20,000 nt of DNA from Bilabrum cf. latius (lineage: Eukaryota), in NCBI GenBank assembly GCA_965178125.1, contig OZ237774.1:556229-576228 (forward strand). Reading direction: 5' to 3'. Each line of letters opens with the position of its first letter. Within the stretch, counting starts at the first letter, position 1. The translations under genes were made by a program, and so were the position numbers. Positions 1 to 10,591 of the stretch are shown in pieces. The notes beneath the pieces were generated by a model, which saw only the letters and a program-made list of their open reading frames with translations, did not search any database and was not told where the DNA came from.

Positions 1-1
1 C

Positions 2-3000
2 CTGGGGCTGGCAGGGGGGTCTGGGCCTGCAAGGTAGAGAGGGGTAGATGCGGGTGAGGCTGGGGGGATGGAGTCGGTGCCAGCGGCCAAGAAGGCGAGG
101 GGGGCGGGGCACAGGGGTGCATCCCGGGGGGGGGATTCCCCTGCGGGACCCCTGTATGCGTGGGTGGATCGCATCGAGAGTGAGATGCGCGCGGTGCTGG
201 GGCACATGGGGGAGGGAGGAGGGGAGGGAGGCGTGGGGTGCCTCACAGTAGATCGGAGTGACGCCTGCATCGCCAGCTTGCTGCCGAGGGAAAACCCGCG
301 ATCTACCCGTGGATTGGCTGCCCGGCGCGCCCTGCTCGGTCTGCTGGCCTCTGCGGTGCATGGGTCGCTGCGAAAGGTGCTAGGCCGGGGCCTGGCTGCA
401 GTGCTTAGGGCGGCGGTGGGGGGAGACCTGAGGGGCGCGCTGGCGGAGGGTGCGAGTGCGGGTGTAGGTGCGGGATCTGCGTCCGGGAGGGATCGAGCCA
501 GGGGGCACCCCTCCGGTGCTGGGTCTGGCCTGTCGCTTGAGAGTGCGTGGGGGAGGGTGTCGCCGTCGGGGGCCAGCGTGCTAGGGCAATGGAGGGCGGT
601 GCCTCTGTCCGTGCGGGCGGGAGTCAGGGCTGCTGGGGCCGCTGCATGCACGGAGGGTGCAAGGGCGGTACGGCGGTGGCGGGGGGGCTCGCCGCACCCC
701 GAGGGGCATGCTATGCTGGTGGGCGGTGCGGCGCTGCAGGGCACGGGGGAGGGCACGGGGGAGGGCATGAATTGGGGAGAGGGGCGGTAGGCTGGGGAAC
801 ACCGGGACCAGGAGGGGTCTGTTCTCTCTGTGTCAGAGTGGGGTTTGCTGGGCTGGGACGGCGTGCTGAGGGGACAGGAGGCCGGGGATGCCGGAGTGCG
901 GGGGGGCGGCTGGGGTGCCGTGGCATCTGCAGCGAGGAATGGGCGCGGGCAAGCGGGGGTGCCGGACCCTGAGGGGGCCCGGTGGGGCGCGCTGGCGACT
1001 TTGCTGTGCTGGGGGAACTGGGCGGGGGAATCGGCGGGCGGGCTGGCGAGGGGGGCGCGATCAGCAGGGGGGGGCGTTGGTGGGGGAGCGGGGGGCTTCG
1101 ATGGAGCTGGTGAGGGTGCCAGTGGTGCCTCGGGGATGGGCGGCGGTGAGTCGGGGGGCCTTGGGCTGGAGCTGGGTCTCGGCGAGGGGGGGTTGGGTGA
1201 GGAGCGCAAGGAGGGGGAGGGAGCTGGGGAACAAGAGGGTCCTCTGCAGGAGGAGGCGGGCATGCTGGGGGAGGGGGAGGAGAGCGCGAGGGAGCTGGGG
1301 ATGGCTGTAGCCATGGCGGTGGCGGGGGCGAGGGAGTGCGGCGTGGGGCCCAAAGAGGCGGGGCGGGAGGACTGGCTGGCGGTGTGCGGGGCCAGGCTCT
1401 CGGAGGGCAGCTTGCTGGTGAGGCGAGCGGCGTGGGCTGCGATTGCGTGCATGCAGAGCCGGCAGCAGCTGCTGGGGCAGGGGCCCAAGGGGCTTGCGAT
1501 CGTGCCCGGGGCCTCGGGAGTATTTGTGGTGGGTACGGCCGATGGTCAGGTGGTGCCTGCATCTGTTGGATAGGAACACCCCGTAGATGGCAGCGTGCGC
1601 GAGACGGTATGCGGGCCACTGGTGCACCTCTGGAACCGCACTACTGCGAGTGTGGTGCGCGCAGCGGCACTAGGGGCCCGAGCCCTGTCGAGCGCGGGAT
1701 CGATTCCCGGTGTGGAAGAGGCATGCAGGGCGCTGGAGGCTGCTGGGGCGGCGATGGACCCAAGCGGTGACGGCCTAAGGGACGCCGGGACAGCCTCCCA
1801 GGGAACAAGGGAGCAGGACCCGCACGACACCCCCACGGCGCTTGCCCTGGCTCGGTGCACCACCGGCCCGGTGCTTCCCCCTGGTGCGGGCACTGGGTCC
1901 AGGGAACAACGTGGACGCGATGATTCGCTGCTGGCGCTTGCCCTCGCCCCTGTGCCGGCCGGGGCAGTGCGCTCCGTGCTGCAGGGCGCCTCTGCCCCCG
2001 GGCTGGAGGTGGGGGCGTGGACAAGGGGAGCCGCTGCGGGCGGGTGGTCGGGGGCAGCGGCGCTGCGGCGGGCCTGGGCCTGCGGGTTGGCACCGTGGGT
2101 GGGAGAGGGGCAGGGGCAGGGGCAGAGTCAGGGGGGGCGCCCAGGGAGCTAGGCGGGATTGCTGCCGGAGAATGACGAGTGCATGGTCAGTGTGACGAGT
2201 GCTGCTCGTGTTCTGCTTGGCCCGGATGCCACCGAGTCACAGATCCTCGACCTGGTGCGAGCATCGGCGGGGTGGGCGCTGGCCCCTGCGTCTGCGGATG
2301 GAGGCGGGCATGGTGCGTCTGCGATGCCGTGGCCCGCATCTACTCCGTGGGCGATCCGCTGCGTGTGTGCCCTGGGGTCCGGCATGGCACGGGGGGCGCT
2401 TGAGGGGGCCGTCAAGGCGGGCAGCGAGCCGGGGGTGGTGGCGCACTGCGGGTTCTTGTGTTCCCTGGGGAGGGCACTTGAGGAGGGGGGCGGGGGGGGT
2501 GGCGATGTGAGCGAGCTTGGGGCGGGGTGGGCCTGTGGAATGGGGGGCGAGCAGGAGAGGTGCACTGCATTGTGGCGATGCGCGAGCGCGTGCCAGTCGC
2601 TGGGCCTCGTGGGTGCTGCGGGGGCGCTATGCGGGGCGCTGGCCGGGAGGATTCGTAGGGGCGGGCAGCGGCCTCCCTGGGGCGCGAGGGGGGCGGCGCT
2701 GGTGGCGGGTGCACTGGCGGCGGGGGGCAGCGTGGGGGCGGCGTGGTCCGTTGTTTAGCTGCATGCTGAGCATGGAACGGGTGGGCAGGACCAGAGCCAC
2801 GGCAAAGAGGAAGAGGGGGAGGGGGATGGGGAGGGGGATGAGGGGGATGATGACTTGCCCGCCCCGCTGGGTGCCTTGGTGGACGCACTGGTGCAGCGGG
2901 GGGCACTCAGGGACCTGGCTGCCCTGCCTCTGGGGACAAGCGCCCTGCAGGCAGTGGCGAGGCGGGTGGGGTGGAGGGGGGGTGGCGCAAGTCCCGAGGG

Positions 3001-4504
3001 GGGCGCTCGCGGCATCGAGATTGGGTGCGCGCTGCTGCTTCGGGCCAGAGACAAGAAGGGCGCGGCATCTGCGGCGTGGGGGCTGGCCGCTTCGGCAGCG
3101 GTGCGCGGTGCCACCCAGCTGCGGGGGGTTGCAGGGGGTGCCCGCGGGGGAGCCAGGGAGGCGGGGCTGCATCGGTCGGCTGCCAGTCTGCAAGAGGCGG
3201 GGCGCATGGCTTCGCTGGCCACGGCCTGCCTGCGAGCGGAGCCCGATGCGCGGCGCCGTTGGGTGCCTCACGGGGGCCGAGTCCTGGATCGATCGGAGCT
3301 GCGGTTTCTGTCGGCAGCCCTCGAGGCGATGGGCAGGTGCGTCCAGGCGGCGAGCGAGCACGTGGATGGTGCTGGGGGGTAGAGGGGCAATGGAGGTGCT
3401 GGAGGGCAGGTTACCGCCGCCGATGCTGCTGCTGCCGCTGGAGAGGCCAGGGCGATTGTGGGTATGTGTCCGGTGGAGTGGAGCAGTCCGGGTGCAGTGC
3501 ACGGCGGTTCTATCCCTGTGGATGTGCTCCTGTCCCAGTGCATCCGACTGGGCCAGCTGCCCGCGGGCGAGCGGGTGGCAGCGGCGGCGGCTGCTTGGCG
3601 CGAGGCGGGGGCATGCCAGGAGGGGCGCGCTGTGGCGGGCGAGGGAGGGGCGGGACGGCGGGGGCTCGGCCCCAGTGGCAGTGCAGCACGGGGTCAGGAG
3701 CTCCGTGTGACGAGGGCGGCTGCCATGCTGGCCTGGGACCGAGCCCGGGACGAGGGCGCTGGGCGGCGGGGGGCCATGCAGCGGGCGGCAGCTGCAGCTG
3801 TGCCTGCCGTGCAGCGGGACTCTGTGGGGCTGCATGCCGGCGGGAGAGCTGCAGGTGTCGATGCTTCGCGAGGGGCTGGGCGCCAGGACCCCGGGGGTCT
3901 AGCCCGAGTGCTGGTGCGGGTGGGTCGGCCTGCAGAGGCGCTGTCGGCGCTGCTGGGGAGTGTGCCCGCCTCGCTGATTGAGATGAGGGGCAGTGTGACG
4001 AGTGCTTCGATGCCGCAGGGGGCGCTGGACGAGGCACTGCAGGCGGCGGAGGCTGTGGAGCTCCTGGGGGCAGACAGGGGTGTAGCGGCGAGTGTGCGGG
4101 CGGCAAGGGGGGCTGTGCTGGCTCGGCTGCACGACGCTGGGTGGGCCGCGGCTGAGGGGGCAGCCGAGCGGCAGGCGGCACATGCGGCAGGGATGCAGCC
4201 TGGGGTGGTACAGGGTGCGATGGAGCGGGAGGGGGAAGGACGGGGGGGAGGGGCTGGTGGGGTGCGGCTTGGTGAGGGGTGCCAGGCCTCGGCTGGGGGT
4301 GCACGTGCCGCTGCACTGGCCCTGAGGCCCCGAGCTGGGCTGGGGGTGTCGGGGGGCACCGGGCTGCTGCGGGGGTATGCAAGGAAGCAGGCGGTGAGCA
4401 GGGGAGGGGGCGAGGGCGGGGCAAGCGCGGCGCGGCTGGCAGCACTGGCAGCGGCAGTGCGGGCCCGTCCGTCGGCCGATCTGCCCCGCGAGCTGGTGGG
4501 CTGA
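2..4504 (+). CDS. Large (>=1500 aa) Gly/Ala-rich protein of unknown function, 5' end outside the window; needs TAG read as sense
   Basis: ORFs 68-790, 830-1573, 1595-2152, 2159-2758, 2855-3382 and 3458-4504 share one frame. They are separated only by single TAGs (35, 788, 1571, 2150, 2756, 3380), with no TAA/TGA until TGA-TGA at 4502-4507. No domain recognised. Confidence 0.75.
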
Positions 4505-4761
4505 TGATGCCGGTTGTGCACCGGGCGGTTCTGGTGGTTGAGAATTTAAGATTTTTGTAGGGTCCACAGAAGCTCAACGGATTCGATATTGGATGGTGTA
4601 CACAGTGGTGGCACGGCCAGCCTAGATCAATCGAGCCTTTTTTGTGCCGCATTCGTCACATGCTGCCACTGCTTCGGGAACAGTTGCAGTTCGAGAAAAC
4701 ACACACGACACAAGCTTGTTGGTTCAGTGTAACCCTAGTAATCTTTTCAATCGCCCTGGTT

Positions 4762-5733
4762 ATGTCGACACGTAGAGGTGGTGCGTCCAAGGGGAAGCCA
4801 AAGCATTAGAATAAGTTCGGTTTCAAGCACAACAAGAACAGTAAAAAGACCAAGATGATCTAGGTAATGCCGATTGAAGGGGTATGCCCTCGGTGCGCAG
4901 AGATTTTGATGTGGAGGAAGAAGTACAGGAAGTACAAGCCTCGCACGAAGCCCGGGAAGTGCATCAAGTGCCACGAACCTAAAGTCAGGCACGCCTACCA
5001 CTAGCTGTGTTCAGAGTGTGCAAAGGGTGATCGAAAATGCGCGAAATGTTCCGGCCCGATCCGTGGAGAGCGTCCTGGCGATGGCACTGCCGCTGCTTCT
5101 TTGGACCCCCTCGTTGTGGAGCGGAAGGAGGCGCTCGAGTCGGAGCTGGACAGCCTGGTGGAGGCCTCGCACCCTGACTACACGGAGAGGCAGAGGAGGG
5201 CCCGCATCAGGGAGATCCAGAAGGAGCTGGAGGTCATGGAGGAGAAACCAGAGGTTGCGCTGGAGGGAGTGCTGGATGAGGGAACTGCCGGTGAGGCGAG
5301 AGCAGGGGCTGCAGTGGGCGGGGCGGGTGCTGCAATGGGAGGGGCAGGTGCCAGCGAGAGCAAAGGGGGCGATGACGGGGAGGAAGAGAGAGAGGACGAA
5401 GATGGAGGGACTGGGCTGGGGCTGCCTGCATCTGCTGCTGCACCGGGAATGGGAGCAGGAGCGGGAGCAGGGGCGGGGGCAGGGGCGGGAGCTGGTGACG
5501 TATCGTCTGGAGGAGCGGTCCGGGCCACCGCTGGTGTGGCTGATGCAGAGGCCGGTGCTGTGGCTGAGGCTGGGGCTGAGGCTACAATGGGCGGGTTTGG
5601 TGCTGGTCTAGCTGATCCTGTAGCATCTGAATCCAGTGAAATTGCGAGCGTGGGTGATGATCGTGTTGCAGCCGGCGATAGTGCTACAAGAGTTGGAGGA
5701 GCGAGTGGCGCGGTATCGGGCATGCCAACTTGA
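4762..5733 (+). CDS. C9orf85: C9orf85/DUF2039-like Cys-rich protein (323 aa) with a long acidic, Ala/Gly-rich C-terminal tail
   Basis: ATG 4762 gives MSTRRGGASKGKPKH*NKFGFKHNKNSKKTKMI*VMPIEGVCPRCAEILMWRKKYRKYKPRTKPGKCIKCHEPKVRHAYH*LCSECAKGDRKCAKC. This fits the remembered family pattern KHQN..F.....GVC.RC.E...WR.KY.KYKP...P.KC.KC....V...YH..C..CA.....CAKC. TAGs at 4807, 4861, 5002; in frame with ORF 5101-5733, ends TGA. Confidence 0.88.
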
Positions 5734-5813
5734 TGCTGGCTCGGTGCATGGGGGACTGGTATTGAAAATGGCTAGCCCTAAATGGTCATGAAAACACACA
5801 ATACAGCTCCAGC

Positions 5814-8099
5814 TCACGTCGGTCTACTGGCCCCTCTTTGCCCCTGTCCGGATCGAGACCCACCCCCCAGCCCGCCCCCCAGCAGAAGCACAGCACCAGC
5901 CACGGCTGCCCCCGCGATGGCCCCCGCAGCCACACCGAGCAGGACAGCACTTGATCCTGCACCGCTGCTTCCCAGTACCATGCTCGCGCTCTCAAAGAAC
6001 CCCTTCTCGCTCAAGATTGCACCAGCACCGCCAGCACCACTGGCACCACTGGCACCAGCATCAGCTCCAACGGTACCTCCACTCTCGCCCTGCCCGATGC
6101 TCCCGGCAACTGTGCCACCGCCCCTCTCATGCCCTTCTCCCACACCCGCGTCCCACCCCTCAGGCACCTATCTCCCCGCCGCCCCGCACACTGCCCTCCC
6201 CAGCGCCCAGTAGTCGCCCTCTCTGTTGTACACGTGGCAGCTGAGACGCACCCACAGTCTGCCGCCCAGCAGCTTCACCGGGCATTCAATCCCAAGAGAA
6301 AACAGCCAGTCCTGCACTGCCTTGCAGTGCGTCGATGTCGGTGCTTGCACATGTGCCTACCTCTGCCCTGGCCCCCGCCCCTGCTCCACTCCCGGAGGCA
6401 GGATCCCATCGGGCAGCGGGACCAGTCTCAGGTGGGAGTGCAGGCTGTCGGGCAGCAGCTGGGGCCCGGGTCCGGGGGCGCGATCGTGTGACGCATATGC
6501 TGGGCTGTAGCCACCCCCTGCCCCTGCCCTGGCCCCTGCCCTTTCCACATCCTTGCCCCCCTCTTGTTCACCAAACCATGCCCGCCTCAGCTCCCCGTCC
6601 ACTCGCCGCAGCAGTGCCCTGCACCTTGCCTGCATCCCCCGCATGCCACCCCCCTTGGCCTCCCACCAGTCCAGCACCTCTGGAATAGCAAGGGCAGTGG
6701 CATAGTCCCTGCACCCGTCCCAGACGAATGCCCCCGCGAACCCCGCCTCGGCCCCATGCGACCTCACGGGAGGCACGCACAGGTCCCTCCCGCGCTGGGA
6801 GACCACCAGGGCGGCCACTCCTCGGGGGGCGCACAGCCACTTGTGCCCGTTGGTGACGAAGAAATCGAAGGGGAGGGAGGCCAGTGGCTGGTCCAGGCTG
6901 TGCGGGGGGACTCCCCTGGGCCGACGGAGAGACCCGCTTACGCGGCGGGAGGGCGAGGGGGAGGGGGAGGATGATCGCAGGCCGGTGCGGGGAGGAGTGC
7001 TGGCGCGGGAAGAGGTCACCGAGGATGCCACGGAACTCGGAGCCGAATGTCCGTTTGCGGCCGGCTTCCCCATGCTCAGCTGTCCCCAGGCGTGGGCGCC
7101 GTCCACCAGCACAAGGGCGCCTGACGAGTGCCTCCGGGCTGCAGCTGCCACCGCCCGCACTCCCTCCCACCAGACGCCCCCCGAGTTGCTTGTCACCAGG
7201 TCCACGACGACCAGGGCACAGGCGCAGTCCGGTGGCAGTGTGACGAGTGCCCTCTCGGCGGCGTCCTCCAGCACGTTGGTGGCAGCAGCTGCCGTGCAGT
7301 CCAGGGGTAGCGGGACGTCGGCAATAGCGGGAGGGGGCGCCCCCGCCTCTGCGCAGTATGCGCGGGCCATGGTTTTGTTGGCCCCGTAGCCCAGCGAGAG
7401 CAAGAGCACGCCCCGCTTGCTGCCCAGCCTCGCGCTGCGGAAGGCGGCGTTCACCCCAGTGGTCGCGTTGGGCACGAGAGCCACGCGGCGATGGCTCACC
7501 CCGAGGCTGATAGCCGTCCTGCGGATCGCGTGCGCGAGATGCGGGAAGAGCGCTCTATCCACGGCGCGCAGGGGCTGCCTCTCGATCCACGCTCGCCAAG
7601 CAGAGGCCACTGCATGGCCCACCAGGCAAGGGGCTCCAAATGCGCCGTGGTTGAGGAAGCGCCAGCGATCCTCTTCTGTGATATTTAGGCCTACTTCAGA
7701 TTCGGACAGGGCGCCACTCGTGCTGCTCGACTCGTGAGTTTCAAGTGCCTGCGACGGGCTAGGTTTGCCGTCGATGGTGTCGGACAGCTGCACGAGAAAC
7801 GCCTTGTGACGGCAAGCCGGATCCGACCAGCTCGGCACCTCTGCCATAGCACTGTTGATTGCTTTCTGAACTTCCGTAGGGACTGGGGGTCGGGGCATGT
7901 CGTCAGGTGCGAGCAACTAGTCCACCGATGCGCCCATGAACGAACCGAAGCCCTGATAGCCCGCTTTGGCTGCAGTGGCTGGATCGTCGGATACCATGCT
8001 GGGATAAACAGCATGAAGTCTTTCAGGAAGAGTGCTTTTGGTTTCCATCGCTTCCGCTTGGTGGTGTAAGCGCCCACTCGCGATCCAAGACGAGTTCAT
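5814..8099 (-). CDS. PLP-dependent aminotransferase class V, L-cysteine desulfhydrase / isopenicillin-N epimerase / Egt2-like lyase (up to 761 aa; start uncertain)
   Basis: Motifs FLNHGAFGA, LVPNATTGVN, VDGAHAWGQ, DFFVTNGHKWLCAPRG (PLP Lys), DGCRDY, then IECPVK and WVRLSCHVYN..GDY after an in-frame TAG. Four same-frame ORFs are joined by TAGs at 7917-7919, 6357-6359 and 6168-6170; ends TGA at 5814-5816. Confidence 0.85.
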
Positions 8100-8243
8100 T
8101 GACGGTTCGGCACGAACTTTGCGAGCTTATTTGGAGGAAGTTAATTCGGGTAGGGATGGCTTCCTGCGTACAAGCTACATTGTTGTGACCCGTAGTAGTC
8201 TAGAAGAGCCTGGTGTTTTGCCGGCGGAATTCGCAACTGCCAC

Positions 8244-10463
8244 ATGTCACCAGAATCGTTGGCGCATGGCGGAGTAACCCGCCTTGCGATCCTGTCCCTG
8301 ACAAACCTTCCGGTCTTGCTACCGGCCGTGTGGATTATGCGGCAAGGTCTCCTACTTGAAGGGCTTGTTCTTGCTACGGTTGCTTTCGCTTCGACTATGT
8401 ACCACGCTTGCGACGAAGAGTGGCCGACCGAATGCAGTGCCTCATCGTTCCGGGTGATGAAGGCATTCGATGAATCCGTGGCTCGCACAGCTGCCGTCGT
8501 TGGGGCAGCATTGCTGGGTGGTGCGCCAAGGCGGCTGCGAAGGGTTGCCATCGTTGCCTCGCTCGTTGGGTGCGCCTGTCTCCAGGCGTCCCCGAACGGG
8601 TCCGATTCCTCCCTCGTTCTCGCGGTGAGCTTCGCTGTCATGGCGGGCCTCGGAGGCTTGGTGTATGCCATCGCGCGGTCCTCCCTTCGATTCGCCACGG
8701 GAGCCAGGTGCATCGCCCTGGCGCACCGCCTGCATCTGCAGCGGCGCAAGCACGGTATGCCAGGTGCTGCAAGCAAGAGTGCTACTGGCTCGTCGAATAC
8801 TGCGAGTGGGGGAGCGGCCGATGAAGGCGAGGAGGACACGGTGAGTCGATTGGAGGATCAGCTGCGTGCTTCTTTGCATTGGTGGGCATTGCTAGGCGAG
8901 AGCGGTCACAGCGAGCATGACGGGAGTGCGGTGCCTGGCTGGGAACTGCCCCGCGGTGAGGTGGGGCTGGGGACTGGCAGGATTGCAGGTGTGACGAGTG
9001 TAGACGATGGCGTGCATCCGGGGGAAGGGGCCGATTGCTGTTTCCCTGCAGGGCCACAGGGGAGGTGCTGCTGCATGCAACAAGCTGGAACTGCCACCGG
9101 CACCGGCACCGGCATTGCCTCAAGGAGGGCGAGCAGCAGCAACGGCAGGCGCTGGAACCAAGACGGGAAGCATGCCGCACACAGTAGCAACGCTGACAAT
9201 GGGAGCCGCAGCCTCGTTCATGCCCCTCTGCCATCGAGCGAGCCAGTGGGCAAGAGCAGCTCCCCCAGGCAGCAGGTGTCCCCACCCAACGGCATGGCCC
9301 GGCTCCGCTCCTCGGGGGGATCCCCCGCCATGGTCCCCTCCATGGGGCGAGAGGCTGACCTGGAGATGGGGACATACATCCCGGCTCCGAGTCCGCTGCG
9401 GGGCCGGTCTGTTGCTCCGGCCGTGGGAAGGCAGGCTGAGTAGGCTCCAGTCCCAGGGGCCCGGGCTGGTCCTAGCTGCCTTGGCTTGTGTTCCCTGGCC
9501 TCTTGTTCCCTGAGCTAGTGTGCTCGTGTGCTTGCAGATGCAGCCGGTGTGCGTCCCTTGCTGTGGCTGCCTTCTGCCTGTGGCTCGGCGCTGGGCGGGG
9601 AGTTGCAGCTGTGTCTGTGCCCCTGTGTGGCAATGGGGTGCGGGGGGGCGGGGCTGCGGGCGGGGCCCGAGGTGTGGAGGCGTAGGGTGATAGTGCAGGC
9701 GCTGGTGCTGTGGGGCTGGTGGCAGGATGGTGATGAGAGGGGTAAGCGGGGTTGTTTCTGGAGATGGCTGGGGCTGGGCGGTGATGCATCAACAACGAAA
9801 TCAACAGCCGGTGATATGGTGAGAGAGGAGTTGGGCACAGGAGCGGATGGAACTAGCAGGGGTGGAATCAGCATGGCAGGATGGCTACAGGACATGCAGC
9901 TGCTGGCAGGGGATCGTGATCGTCAGGCAGGTGGAGTGGACAATGACAGGGGCCCCACAGTGGGGGCCGGATGCTGCGGGCGATTGCGAGCATTGGTCGC
10001 TGCCTGCCTGGTGCTTGGGTACGGATGCGGGCACGGCCGGAATGTGCGCTGGGTGGGACTGTTGGCGAGCGTGTTTCTAGTGGTGTGCGGGGGCATTGTG
10101 TTCGTGTACGCCAACGCAAGTGAGGATGAGTAGGGTAGGTGTGGTTCGGTGGATGCATTTGCCGGTTGTGGAGGCAATGAAGGTGGGCGGGTAGCGGGCA
10201 AGGAGGGGTGGGGGGCGGTGTCGCTGGAGGCGTGGTGGTAGGTAGCGAGGTATCCGTTGCTGCACGGGGCCTGGCACTTGCTGGTGATGTGGGGGCTGGC
10301 GGGGGCGGTGAGCAGGGGCTGGTGGGGCAGGCGGACTGGGGGTGGGAGGGAGGTGCGGATGGGGAGTGAGCTCGTGGTGGGGATGGACAGGCACGGGGTC
10401 ATTGGGGAAGAAATGCAATTGGCAAGGGGGCTCCTGAGGGGCATGGCTCTGGATGATGAATGA
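8244..10463 (+). CDS. TMEM8/PGAP6/myomaker-like (DUF3522, CREST superfamily) multi-pass membrane protein, 739 aa with large low-complexity insertions
   Basis: N-terminal LTNLPVLLPAV...LEGLVLATVAFASTMYHACD...FD and C-terminal YPLLHGAWHLL give the CREST SxxxH / D / HxxxH set. The two parts are in one frame, joined through TAGs at 9441, 9516, 10131 and 10239; ends TGA at 10461-10463. Confidence 0.75.
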
Positions 10464-10591
10464 CTAGGAGGCAAACTCAACTCGAAACCCCCTCGCAACC
10501 AACTGAGGAACCCGGAACTGCCAGATTTCCATGGCGGCAGCCGTCTGGCTGCTGCTACTGTGCGACGGCATTTTGATTCCTCTTCTCCACA

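Noticed and set aside
581-4652. Long Pro-rich minus-strand and alternative-frame ORFs
   Set aside because: Shadow ORFs of G-rich, high-GC coding sequence.
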